This document shows, in pieces, positions 44,961 through 53,714 of a stretch of DNA of 56,433 nucleotides; the stretch's first letter is position 1; every line of letters starts with the position of its first letter. Both the position numbers and the translations under genes were made by a program. Source of the DNA: a virus (Duplodnaviria; Heunggongvirae; Uroviricota; Caudoviricetes); the IMG/VR virus record IMGVR_UViG_3300025467_000526, positions 64,001-120,433 of that record; one strand, given 5' to 3'. The notes beneath the pieces are model-generated. The model worked only from the letters and a program-made list of their open reading frames with translations. It was not told the DNA's origin and made no database searches.

Positions 44961-46049
44961 ATGGCAGAAATCGTCAGTCGCACAGTGGGCCCAAGCGGTG
45001 CCAAAAAATCTTTGCGTAAAGCATTTAAAAATCAGCGTCCACTGTTCCTTTGGGGTCCCCCAGGCATTGGTAAGTCTGACATTATTAAACAACTTGGCAC
45101 TGAGCTAGATGCTCACGTGATCGATGTTCGTTTAAGTCTTTGGGAACCTACTGATATTAAAGGTATTCCATATTTTGATTCTAACGATGGCACAATGCGT
45201 TGGGCTCCGCCAAGTGAGTTGCCAAGCAAGACATTTGCCGCAAATCATAAACAAATTATCCTATTCTTGGATGAAATGAACTCTGCGGCACCTAGTGTAC
45301 AGGCCGCGGCTTATCAACTAATTTTGAATCGTCGTGTTGGCGCATACGAATTGCCAGACAATGTTGTAATTGTTGCGGCTGGTAACCGTGAAACTGATAA
45401 GGGTGTTACATTCCGTATGCCTGCTCCGTTGGCAAACCGGTTTGTTCACTTGGAAATGCAAGTTGATTGGGCTGACTGGTTCGACTGGGCTGTGGACAAT
45501 AAGATTCACAAAGACGTAGTTGGTTATTTGACCTTTGCTAAAAAGGACTTGTACGATTTTGATCCAAAAAGCTCAAGCCGTGCATTTGCTACTCCACGTA
45601 GCTGGTCTTTTGTAAGCGAATTACTTACAGATGATGACACGGATGTGGATACACTTACCGATTTAACTTGTGGTTCAATCGGTGAAGGATTGGCTATTAA
45701 GTTTATGGCTCACCGTAAACATGCATCTAAAATGCCTAATCCAACCGAAATCTTAAATGGTAAGGTTAAAAAGATGGAATCCAAAGAAATTTCAGCTATG
45801 TACTCTTTGACTGTGTCACTGTGCTACGAATTGAAAGATGCTTGCGATAAAAAAGCTAAAACTTGGAATGACATGACTAATAACTTCTTCGAATTTATGA
45901 TGAATAATTTCGAAACAGAATTGGTTATTATGGGTACTAAGTTGGCATTGTCGACTTACAAGTTGCCTTTGGACCCAGATGAGATCAAATGCTTTGACGA
46001 TTTCCATGCCAAATACGGCAAATACATTAGCCAAGCTACTGAAAAGTAA
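44961..46049 (+). CDS. MoxR-like AAA+ ATPase
   Basis: WGPPGIGKS, FLDEMN, VAAGNR, PLANRF, TPRSW. Confidence 0.9.
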   Translation: MAEIVSRTVGPSGAKKSLRKAFKNQRPLFLWGPPGIGKSDIIKQLGTELDAHVIDVRLSLWEPTDIKGIPYFDSNDGTMRWAPPSELPSKTFAANHKQIILFLDEMNSAAPSVQAAAYQLILNRRVGAYELPDNVVIVAAGNRETDKGVTFRMPAPLANRFVHLEMQVDWADWFDWAVDNKIHKDVVGYLTFAKKDLYDFDPKSSSRAFATPRSWSFVSELLTDDDTDVDTLTDLTCGSIGEGLAIKFMAHRKHASKMPNPTEILNGKVKKMESKEISAMYSLTVSLCYELKDACDKKAKTWNDMTNNFFEFMMNNFETELVIMGTKLALSTYKLPLDPDEIKCFDDFHAKYGKYISQATEK

Positions 46050-46065
46050 TTAAATTTGGTACTAT

Positions 46066-46094
46066 TTGACAGGACCTTCGGGTCCTGTTATAAT
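46066..46094 (+). promoter_or_regulatory. Consensus sigma70 promoter containing a C(UUCG)G hairpin
   Basis: TTGACA-17 nt-TATAAT; ACAGGACC-TTCG-GGTCCTGT at 46069-46088. Confidence 0.85.
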
Positions 46095-46119
46095 ATATAC
46101 ATACAGTAAAGGAGCATTC

Positions 46120-47304
46120 ATGTCACATACAGATCCAATTATCGACAAAATTATCGTAGCCCGTGTGGGTCTACTACTTCGCCATCCATTCTTTGGTAAT
46201 TTGGCTACTCGTTTACAAATCAAAGAAGGCACAGATTGGTTACCGACAGCCGCTACAGACGGACGTCATATCTATTTTAATCGCGATTTCTTTAGTAATT
46301 TGTCTATTAAACAAGTAGAATTTGTTATTGCACACGAAATCTTGCACAATGTATTTGATCATATGGGACGTCGAGAAGGACGTGATCCACAAATTTTTAA
46401 CATTGCCGCTGACTATTGTGTTAACGGACAAATTGTGCGTGATCGCATCGGAGAGCACAACATCGATGGCATCAAAATCTTTCATGATCCAAAATACTAT
46501 GGCTGGGGTGCAGAACAGGTTTACGATGAGATTTACGAAAAGTACAGTGAAGAACAACTTAAACAGTTGGGTCAATTATTGGACGAACATATTGACTGGG
46601 GTGAGAACGGTAAAGACGGTCAGCCAAAGTATAGTAAAGAAGAACTAAAACAGATTCGTGACGAAATGCGTGAAGCTACAATGCAGGCCGCACAGGCCGC
46701 AGGTGCAGGTAATGTTCCTGAAAGTGTAGCACGTATGATTAAAGATTTTACAGAACCTAAGATGAATTGGCGTGAAATTTTGCGTCAACAAATCCAAAGT
46801 GTTATTAAGAATGACTTTAGTTTTATGCGTCCTAATCGTAAAGGTTGGCATATGAATGCTATCCTACCAGGTCAACAATTCCAAGAAACTATCGATATCT
46901 GTGTAGCAATTGACATGTCAGGCTCAATCGGTGACGAGCAGGCCAAAGACTTCTTGTCAGAGATTAAGGGTATTATGCAAGAGTATAAAGACTTTAAGAT
47001 TAAAGTATGGTGCTTTGACACTCGAGTGTATAATGAGGCAGACTTTGACGGTTACAACATTGACGAGTTTGATGAATATGAACCAATGGGCGGTGGCGGA
47101 ACTGAGTTCGATGCCAACTGGGAATACATGAAGGAACATGACATTCAACCTAAAAAGTTTATCATGTTTACAGACGGTTATCCTTGGGGTAGCTGGGGCG
47201 ATGAAAACTACTGTGATACAGTATTCATTATTCACGGCAATGACAAGATTGTTCCTCCATTTGGAGAACATGCTTATTACGATTTTGCAAAGGCAACAGC
47301 ATAA
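46120..47304 (+). CDS. HExxH metallopeptidase-like + vWA domain protein (MoxR partner)
   Basis: TAATDG, AHEILH, NIAADY; MIDAS DMSGS, GGGT, FTDGY; start after GGAG. Confidence 0.88.
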   Translation: MSHTDPIIDKIIVARVGLLLRHPFFGNLATRLQIKEGTDWLPTAATDGRHIYFNRDFFSNLSIKQVEFVIAHEILHNVFDHMGRREGRDPQIFNIAADYCVNGQIVRDRIGEHNIDGIKIFHDPKYYGWGAEQVYDEIYEKYSEEQLKQLGQLLDEHIDWGENGKDGQPKYSKEELKQIRDEMREATMQAAQAAGAGNVPESVARMIKDFTEPKMNWREILRQQIQSVIKNDFSFMRPNRKGWHMNAILPGQQFQETIDICVAIDMSGSIGDEQAKDFLSEIKGIMQEYKDFKIKVWCFDTRVYNEADFDGYNIDEFDEYEPMGGGGTEFDANWEYMKEHDIQPKKFIMFTDGYPWGSWGDENYCDTVFIIHGNDKIVPPFGEHAYYDFAKATA

Positions 47305-47582
47305 TGGCATTAAAATCAGGCAAACCTAATCCTTTAAATTATTTCAATTTACGCAGGGTTGAGTTTGCCTGCCCGCATTTTAAATACACTACTATAAGCA
47401 AATTTAATCCAAGTCTAGCTAAAAGCCTAGATAGTTGGATTAGGCAAAATCTTAACAATAGATATTACATAGGACAGGGTTTAGAACTAGATAATACCAA
47501 TACTATAGTATACAATACTACTATTGGATTTGAGTCAGAAAAAGAACTAAGTTTTTTCACAATTGCCTGTCCATATCTTTAA
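47304..47582 (+). CDS. Conserved hypothetical protein
   Basis: TAATG-coupled; GFE..KELSFF. Confidence 0.7.
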   Translation: MALKSGKPNPLNYFNLRRVEFACPHFKYTTISKFNPSLAKSLDSWIRQNLNNRYYIGQGLELDNTNTIVYNTTIGFESEKELSFFTIACPYL

Positions 47583-47619
47583 AGAAGATAATTAAGTATG
47601 TACTTTAAAGGAGATACTA

Positions 47620-47880
47620 ATGACAGATACAGTACAACAACCACAACAAGAAAGCACAGATCTTACCATTAACGATTTGAACGCATTAAAGACAATCATC
47701 GATATTGCTAGCTCACGTGGTGCATTTAAACCAAATGAAATGGTAGCAGTTGGTCAAACTTATACTAAATTAGATACGTTCTTGGCAACAGTTGCTAAAC
47801 AACAACAAGCCGCCCAAGCTCAACAACCAGCTCAAACCCCAGCCGATCAAGCAGTTGCTAATACGGTAGCAGGAGTCTAA
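47620..47880 (+). CDS. Small conserved protein (SRGAFK motif), Gln-rich ends
   Basis: AAGGAG SD; TAATTA/TAAGTA late boxes at 47589-47598. Confidence 0.75.
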   Translation: MTDTVQQPQQESTDLTINDLNALKTIIDIASSRGAFKPNEMVAVGQTYTKLDTFLATVAKQQQAAQAQQPAQTPADQAVANTVAGV

Positions 47881-47881
47881 T

Positions 47882-48523
47882 ATGGCCGAACTCAAACACG
47901 TAGGCCGTGTTAAAGCCACTAACAAAAAATGTTTAGTGGCTTATCGCACGTTACCTGGCGATGCATACTATTGTCTAGTTATTCCGACAGAAAATTTACC
48001 AGACATCTATCACGATGCTTTGATCAATTTAGTCGAGAGTACATCTGGACAAGATGCATACGAATTTGCAGAAGCATTGGATCGTACACAATTTCCAGAC
48101 GGCAGTAACATGCTACGTAACTTACATGCAAGTGGAAGATTGATCAAAGTTGGAACAAGTGATATTGAAATGACTCCTACTACAGGATTTTCAATTCAAT
48201 TATCTGAACTTAATCAACTTATTGCCGAACAGCGTGGTCTATCAGTTGACGACTTATCTTTAAAATCTAGCACAGATCCAAAAGATAATGCAGTTCCAAA
48301 AGTTACAGATGAACAATTAGTTAAAAACGACAAAGCCGTTGAAACTAAAAAAGCAGATGCTAAACCAACTGCTACAGTAACTACAACTCCGAAAGCAGAT
48401 GCTAGTCCAGAAGAACAAGCAAAATTCTTCCGTAGTCAAGCAGACAAGTTAGCTAAAGAAGCTGCCGAGATGCGTCGCAAAGCAGAGGAATTGGTTCCGA
48501 CCAAGAAAAAAATAGTTAAATGA
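47882..48523 (+). CDS. Conserved jumbo-phage protein
   Basis: KHVG, RTLPGD..CLV, HDAL, DGSNML..LH. Confidence 0.75.
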   Translation: MAELKHVGRVKATNKKCLVAYRTLPGDAYYCLVIPTENLPDIYHDALINLVESTSGQDAYEFAEALDRTQFPDGSNMLRNLHASGRLIKVGTSDIEMTPTTGFSIQLSELNQLIAEQRGLSVDDLSLKSSTDPKDNAVPKVTDEQLVKNDKAVETKKADAKPTATVTTTPKADASPEEQAKFFRSQADKLAKEAAEMRRKAEELVPTKKKIVK

Positions 48524-48840
48524 AGCCTAGGGGAAGAGTTCTTCCCAAGGATGTCATAGCAAACTGGCCAGAAGTATTCGGAGACGTACATCTAAACGTG
48601 TTACCTTTAGGGTATCTCCACTCCGTTTTGGTCAATTTTAAGGATGGCAAAACTTGGGAAATTAAAATAACACAGCAAACCAAACGTGGTGGATGGTCCA
48701 CTTTTGAAAAAAATCTGTCCGAGTTAGTTAAAAATTACGAAGAAAAAATCGATAATATAGATTTTAAATTAGATACAACCCGTGTTAGAAAAGATATAGA
48801 AAAATCAACCCAAAAATTCCTTAAGAAAAAGAAGTTATAA
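48520..48840 (+). CDS. Hypothetical protein
   Basis: ATGA-coupled. Confidence 0.7.
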   Translation: MKPRGRVLPKDVIANWPEVFGDVHLNVLPLGYLHSVLVNFKDGKTWEIKITQQTKRGGWSTFEKNLSELVKNYEEKIDNIDFKLDTTRVRKDIEKSTQKFLKKKKL

Positions 48841-48843
48841 ATA

Positions 48844-49530
48844 ATGCATGTTCGATTACTTAGTTTCTCTCAGCCAACAGAAGAGTTTGCATCAATGGGC
48901 ATTGAAGACGCACAGGAACTCATTGCGTATTGTGCCCGTGTCAGCAATCCCTCCAACCAACTTAACACCGAAACATCAGCAAAACTCATACAATACCTCA
49001 TCCGACACCAACATTGGAGCCCGCTCGAAATGGTGTCAGCCTGTATTGAAATCACCACTACCAGAGATATTGCCCGTCAAATACTTAGACACAGAAGTTT
49101 CAGTTTCCAAGAATTCAGTCAGCGATATGCTGACCCTACTAAAGACTTGTCGTTTGTATTGCGAGATGCACGAAAACAAGATAACAAAAATAGACAAAAC
49201 AGTATAGAACTTGATATTCATAATAACGATGAAGATCGATTCCTTGCCTATCAATGGGAACGTATGCAAGAGTTAGTTATTAAACAAAGCCGTGATGCAT
49301 ACGAATGGGCGATTAATAAAGGTATTGCTAAAGAACAAGCTCGTGCTGTATTGCCAGAAGGACTTATTGAAAGTCGATTATATATGAACGGCACACTACG
49401 CAGTTGGATTCATTTTATTGAATTACGGTCGGCTAATGGTACACAAAAAGAACATCAAGAAGTTGCTATAGCTTGTGCTCAAGTGATAGCTCAGATATTC
49501 CCGCTTGCCACTGATCTTTTAGCCAAGTAA
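48844..49530 (+). CDS. thyX: FAD-dependent thymidylate synthase
   Basis: AYCARVS, HWSPLE, RQILRHRSFSFQEFSQRY, EQARAVLP, LRSWIHF. Confidence 0.95.
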   Translation: MHVRLLSFSQPTEEFASMGIEDAQELIAYCARVSNPSNQLNTETSAKLIQYLIRHQHWSPLEMVSACIEITTTRDIARQILRHRSFSFQEFSQRYADPTKDLSFVLRDARKQDNKNRQNSIELDIHNNDEDRFLAYQWERMQELVIKQSRDAYEWAINKGIAKEQARAVLPEGLIESRLYMNGTLRSWIHFIELRSANGTQKEHQEVAIACAQVIAQIFPLATDLLAK

Positions 49531-50158
49531 AATCATTTATCCTAGCAAGTGCCTCCGGATTGGAGGCATTTTTTTCTCCGTACATTTTACCAGAAATAGC
49601 ACCCATATAAGCATATCCGCCAAATGATGCATTGTTGTTTAGTTGTGTCCAAAAATATAATCTAGTAATGGATTCTTCATTATTAATTACTGCCAATTTG
49701 CAACACTCTCTAAATGCACTACGCCAAGTAGTAAATGGATCTGTATTGAATGCTGTAATATTACTAGCCTGATCTATTGCTTTAAATTTTGTACTAATAT
49801 TGGTAGTCATATCTACTGTATCTGTACTCATATTCATTGTGAGAAATTTTGGTAATAATTTAACTCCGCCATAACCATATGTTAGACTATTAATAGGATT
49901 AATACTACGCCATACGTGAACAACATCTAAATCCCATTCACTTACTTCATAGTCAAAATTGAAATCATTTAATATAACAGCGTCTGCATCGACTGCCCAA
50001 AACATTTTAGTCATAGCTTTTTTGGCAGCCGAAATGTGTGCTTGATGTATACCTTTAATTCCATGTACACGTTTTGCAAGAGGAAAACGTTCTTTTAAAC
50101 TGGCAAAGTTTTCATCTGCATTTTCTTCATCGTATGAAATAAAAATAATATCGTACAT
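49466..50158 (-). CDS. GT-A-fold glycosyltransferase-like protein
   Basis: IFISYDE, KRVHGIKG, VDADA (DxD), YGYGGVKL, WRSAFRE. Confidence 0.72.
   Translation of the reverse strand: MYDIIFISYDEENADENFASLKERFPLAKRVHGIKGIHQAHISAAKKAMTKMFWAVDADAVILNDFNFDYEVSEWDLDVVHVWRSINPINSLTYGYGGVKLLPKFLTMNMSTDTVDMTTNISTKFKAIDQASNITAFNTDPFTTWRSAFRECCKLAVINNEESITRLYFWTQLNNNASFGGYAYMGAISGKMYGEKNASNPEALARINDFTWLKDQWQAGISELSLEHKL
49550..49575 (+). terminator. Intrinsic terminator after thyX
   Basis: TGCCTCC-GGATT-GGAGGCA-TTTTTTT. Confidence 0.85.
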
Positions 50159-51057
50159 TATTTGCGTCTTCCAATAATGCGTGGAGTATTAAGATATACA
50201 GTTTTGAAAAACTTACTGCCTGCACCGTCTAAATTAGCAATTTCTAATCCGCCATGCTTGTTTAATTCTTTACCTAAAAAATTAATGTATTTTGTCATTT
50301 CTTCCGGGTCTGCTAGTTCATGCGTAGTTTCCCAGAAGTTAGTTAACCATTCAAAATCACGTACCTGGCTATAATCCCAATCAGTAAACATTGTCTTATA
50401 ACAGCCTTCTCTGGCACCTAGTATTGACCAAATACCGTGTTCTACATCTGCGCCAACACTACACCAAATCAATAATCTGTGATAATTTTGCCACCAGATT
50501 TTTTTAAGGTCATTTGTTTTTCCGCCCTGCTCTAATGACATTTTTACCCCTTCTCTAAAGCCTGCTCTCCATGCTTGAAACGGTGTAGCATTAGTAAAGC
50601 TCTCGCTATAGTTTTCATTAAATTGGTAGTATCGATGATCAAAACAAAATTCAACACGACCTTTTACATCCATTGGATCCGAGTTTTCATGTGTACGCAT
50701 TTCATTGACAAATTTACGTGTCCATAATTTAAGTCCGCCATTACCATACATAAGTCCGTTAACATGAACTTTACCACACCAACTAAAAACATTTTCGCTA
50801 GTAAGACCCAACGCATCTAAATCAATTTCTACATTTAAAAATTCTGGGCTAACGATATTATCAGCATCTACTGTAACAAAATATTCAGTTTCACTTAGTG
50901 CCGCACAAGCCTTATGTGCCGCATCACTACCTTTAACACCATGTACACGTTTTGCCCAAGGCATTTTTGTTAGTAAATCTGCATAATTTTTTTCGGCGTT
51001 TGGCTCATCATAACTGAGAAATATGATGTCCTGATCAATAATTTTAATTTTATCCAT
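50158..51057 (-). CDS. GT-A-fold glycosyltransferase-like protein, paralog of 49466-50158
   Basis: IFLSYDE, KRVHGVKG, VDADN, YGNGGLKL, WRAGFRE. Confidence 0.75.
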   Translation of the reverse strand: MDKIKIIDQDIIFLSYDEPNAEKNYADLLTKMPWAKRVHGVKGSDAAHKACAALSETEYFVTVDADNIVSPEFLNVEIDLDALGLTSENVFSWCGKVHVNGLMYGNGGLKLWTRKFVNEMRTHENSDPMDVKGRVEFCFDHRYYQFNENYSESFTNATPFQAWRAGFREGVKMSLEQGGKTNDLKKIWWQNYHRLLIWCSVGADVEHGIWSILGAREGCYKTMFTDWDYSQVRDFEWLTNFWETTHELADPEEMTKYINFLGKELNKHGGLEIANLDGAGSKFFKTVYLNTPRIIGRRK

Positions 51058-51637
51058 TTTTAATTAGTCCGTAACTTTGAAAATATATCCTAGAGGATAT
51101 CGATATCTTATCTATTTGAGTTTCTATTTTACTAGTGAAAGGAATACGCACTTCGGGTTCTTCCATTAATTCCTTAACATTAACTAGCATAGTTCTTATT
51201 AAGAAATCAAAATCATTTTTAAGCATTATAAAAAATACTGCATTACTAGTTATGCTATCTGCAAGTCTTGTTTTAGCTTTTTGTGAAAGAGTAAAAATCC
51301 AAGTTTGGTTTTCTAAATTCCATTCAACTGTTAGTTCTGTTGTTTTTGTTGGAGGGTTTTTAATCCATTGAAATATGTTATTTCTAAATCCGTATAACTG
51401 ATTAGATACTTGTATTAAAGATAGTTCAGTTTTACCTGTAACACCTTTAGTATATCCAATTACATAGTCCCGTGTGTACTTTTCTTTTTCTAAAAACGAC
51501 ACATACTCTTCTGCCGATATTTCGTAAGCATATTTTTCAGCAGGATCTTTTTGATTAGTAAGACTAGTTATAATTCCTGTTTTTTTATCATACACTAGGT
51601 AATATTTTTGAGGAGGCGTAAATTTAAACTTTGGCAT
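51050..51637 (-). CDS. Hypothetical protein within GT operon
   Basis: Overlaps both neighbours. Confidence 0.7.
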   Translation of the reverse strand: MPKFKFTPPQKYYLVYDKKTGIITSLTNQKDPAEKYAYEISAEEYVSFLEKEKYTRDYVIGYTKGVTGKTELSLIQVSNQLYGFRNNIFQWIKNPPTKTTELTVEWNLENQTWIFTLSQKAKTRLADSITSNAVFFIMLKNDFDFLIRTMLVNVKELMEEPEVRIPFTSKIETQIDKISISSRIYFQSYGLIKNG

Positions 51638-52475
51638 CGATTAACTCCTCTAGCTGAGATATAATTTCTTTTGATAAGAAATCTTTTTCAACATAATGAA
51701 ATAATTGCGGTTGTTTAATATTACCTACAACTAGTTCTCCTTTATTGTTCAGTACAAAAGGTACAATATCCTGCCATCTATCTGCACCAGATGGCCACCC
51801 TTGTAATGGAATTTTCATATGAACAAATTTCATAGGGTTTAATCTATCTATTGCAGTCTGTTGTAGTCCTGTTATTTCAATAGTAATGGCAGCGGCCAAA
51901 TCCATACTAAGCCATTTTTGATAGTAATCTGGGGCATATATAGTGTAGCATGCTTCCCAGTTATTACAAACAAATTCTAGTACTTTGTAAAAATCGTAAG
52001 CAATATCTGATTTTTTAAAATAATGACATGCAAAATACGGGTTAGTTAATCGATTTGCAATAAAAGTTTTTCTATGAAAAGTATCTAACGGAATATGTTC
52101 TTGTTTATAATTATTAATATGTGAGCAAAATTTAATGTCAAAATTACTACAATATGTCCACCAATCACTGATATCACCGGACATTAACATGTCTGTATCC
52201 AACACTATTGTTTCATGATAAGGTGTTACGTGATAAAATTTCCAACGGTGTTCTGCCGCTAACGGGCTATTACCAATTTCTTCAAACCATGGAATAGGAA
52301 TTATTTGATCAAATGCTCGTAGATATTTTTTAGGAACTGTGTTGTTAGTAATTAAAGAAACATTGGTTATTTCTTTTTGACTATTTTTAATACTTAACGC
52401 CAGTGCATAGGCCTGTTGAACATAGTCAACTGTGTCGGTATTTTGTGCAAATAATAAAAATCCTTTAGACACCAT
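51624..52475 (-). CDS. GT8-like glycosyltransferase
   Basis: GFLLFAQN, ALSIK, TPYHETIVLDTDM, MDLAAAI, HMK, FHY. Confidence 0.78.
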   Translation of the reverse strand: MVSKGFLLFAQNTDTVDYVQQAYALALSIKNSQKEITNVSLITNNTVPKKYLRAFDQIIPIPWFEEIGNSPLAAEHRWKFYHVTPYHETIVLDTDMLMSGDISDWWTYCSNFDIKFCSHINNYKQEHIPLDTFHRKTFIANRLTNPYFACHYFKKSDIAYDFYKVLEFVCNNWEACYTIYAPDYYQKWLSMDLAAAITIEITGLQQTAIDRLNPMKFVHMKIPLQGWPSGADRWQDIVPFVLNNKGELVVGNIKQPQLFHYVEKDFLSKEIISQLEELIDAKV

Positions 52476-53313
52476 AACCTCCGTCGATGTAACGATTTAA
52501 ACTAAATTTATTCATTACATGGACATCCAATCCTGTAGTCTTAATAAGAGTATATTCGCCTAGATGACTTTTCTTTTCAATTAAGAATTTCATTTTATTA
52601 TCATCTGTACTTACTAAAACATCCTTATCGGATGTATATGTCATTTGTCCAGGTAATTCAATTACAAAATTACCTTCTGTTTTTCCATTAAAAATATGTA
52701 TAGCAATACTGAACGCATAATCATTTCTAAAAGTGTTTGTCTCAATAGCATATAGAGTTCTGAAATAAACCCAATTATTTTTAATGTATTCAATCATATC
52801 AAAAAAAGATTGCATTAATATATTTTTATCAAATATAAAAACACTTGCCCAATAAAAAGGAATGCTATAGGGATTTATTCTCTTAAATGCATCTTCATTT
52901 CTATCCGATGCTAGATCAAAACTTTTTCTGTATATTTGAAATTCGTATTGATTATGTAACGCAGGTTTTAAAATACTAGAATTTAAAATATAATCTGTAT
53001 CCATGACCAATGTGCGATCGTAAGGCGATAAATTATAAACACTGGTACGACTAAAATTTTTCCATTCGGACGTTACTCCTGTAATAGATCCGTCGAAAAA
53101 TTTTCTTGTTTGGATTGGTCCTGTTGTGTCTAGTTCTATAACTTGATCAAACCCGTGATTAGGATAATTACTAGACAACCATCGTGTATTATCTGTAATT
53201 AAACTAACAGGAATATCTAAATATTTTTTAATTCTACTAGCGGCAAAAATTGCCATTTTGATGTAATCAATTTTAGAATTATTCTGTGCAATTAGTACAG
53301 CACCTATTGTCAT
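52465..53313 (-). CDS. GT8-like glycosyltransferase, paralog of 51624-52475
   Basis: GAVLIAQN, SLITD, SPYDRTLVMDTDY, RNDYAFSIA, HVMNK. Confidence 0.78.
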   Translation of the reverse strand: MTIGAVLIAQNNSKIDYIKMAIFAASRIKKYLDIPVSLITDNTRWLSSNYPNHGFDQVIELDTTGPIQTRKFFDGSITGVTSEWKNFSRTSVYNLSPYDRTLVMDTDYILNSSILKPALHNQYEFQIYRKSFDLASDRNEDAFKRINPYSIPFYWASVFIFDKNILMQSFFDMIEYIKNNWVYFRTLYAIETNTFRNDYAFSIAIHIFNGKTEGNFVIELPGQMTYTSDKDVLVSTDDNKMKFLIEKKSHLGEYTLIKTTGLDVHVMNKFSLNRYIDGGYGV

Positions 53314-53660
53314 AATTCAACTATGTCCGCAATCTTTCTTTTACGTTTTAATTCATTATACTTTGCCGCATAATCGTTAGTTGATTCAAAATATACAAAT
53401 ACAATATCATTTAAAAATTTCTGTACGTCTTCAATTAGTACAGGCAAATCATTAGAGTCGACAAATACTGCATCAGTTGTATATCCTAGATCAATAACTG
53501 TTTTAATAAACGTAATTAATTCAGAATTTATTTTGAATGCCGCACCGTTGGTATAATATACCAATTTTTGATTGTATTCTTCTAGTATTATTCTGCGTTG
53601 ATTTGAAAGTGTAGCAGTATAATTGGCTACAGCAAACGCTTTTTCAATTCTCTCATCCAT
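53310..53660 (-). CDS. Conserved hypothetical protein heading the GT operon
   Basis: GGAG SD before ATG 53660. Confidence 0.7.
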   Translation of the reverse strand: MDERIEKAFAVANYTATLSNQRRIILEEYNQKLVYYTNGAAFKINSELITFIKTVIDLGYTTDAVFVDSNDLPVLIEDVQKFLNDIVFVYFESTNDYAAKYNELKRKRKIADIVEL

Positions 53661-53681
53661 AAACAAACTCCGTAGTGTACT

Positions 53682-53710
53682 ATATTACACTAGTATAATT
53701 AGCTTGTCAA
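53682..53710 (-). promoter_or_regulatory. Sigma70-type promoter of GT operon with embedded late box
   Basis: Minus strand TTGACA-17 nt-TAATAT; TAATTA at 53696-53701; inverted repeat TAGTGTA/TACACTA (53673-53692) over the -10. Confidence 0.65.
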
Positions 53711-53714
53711 TGAT

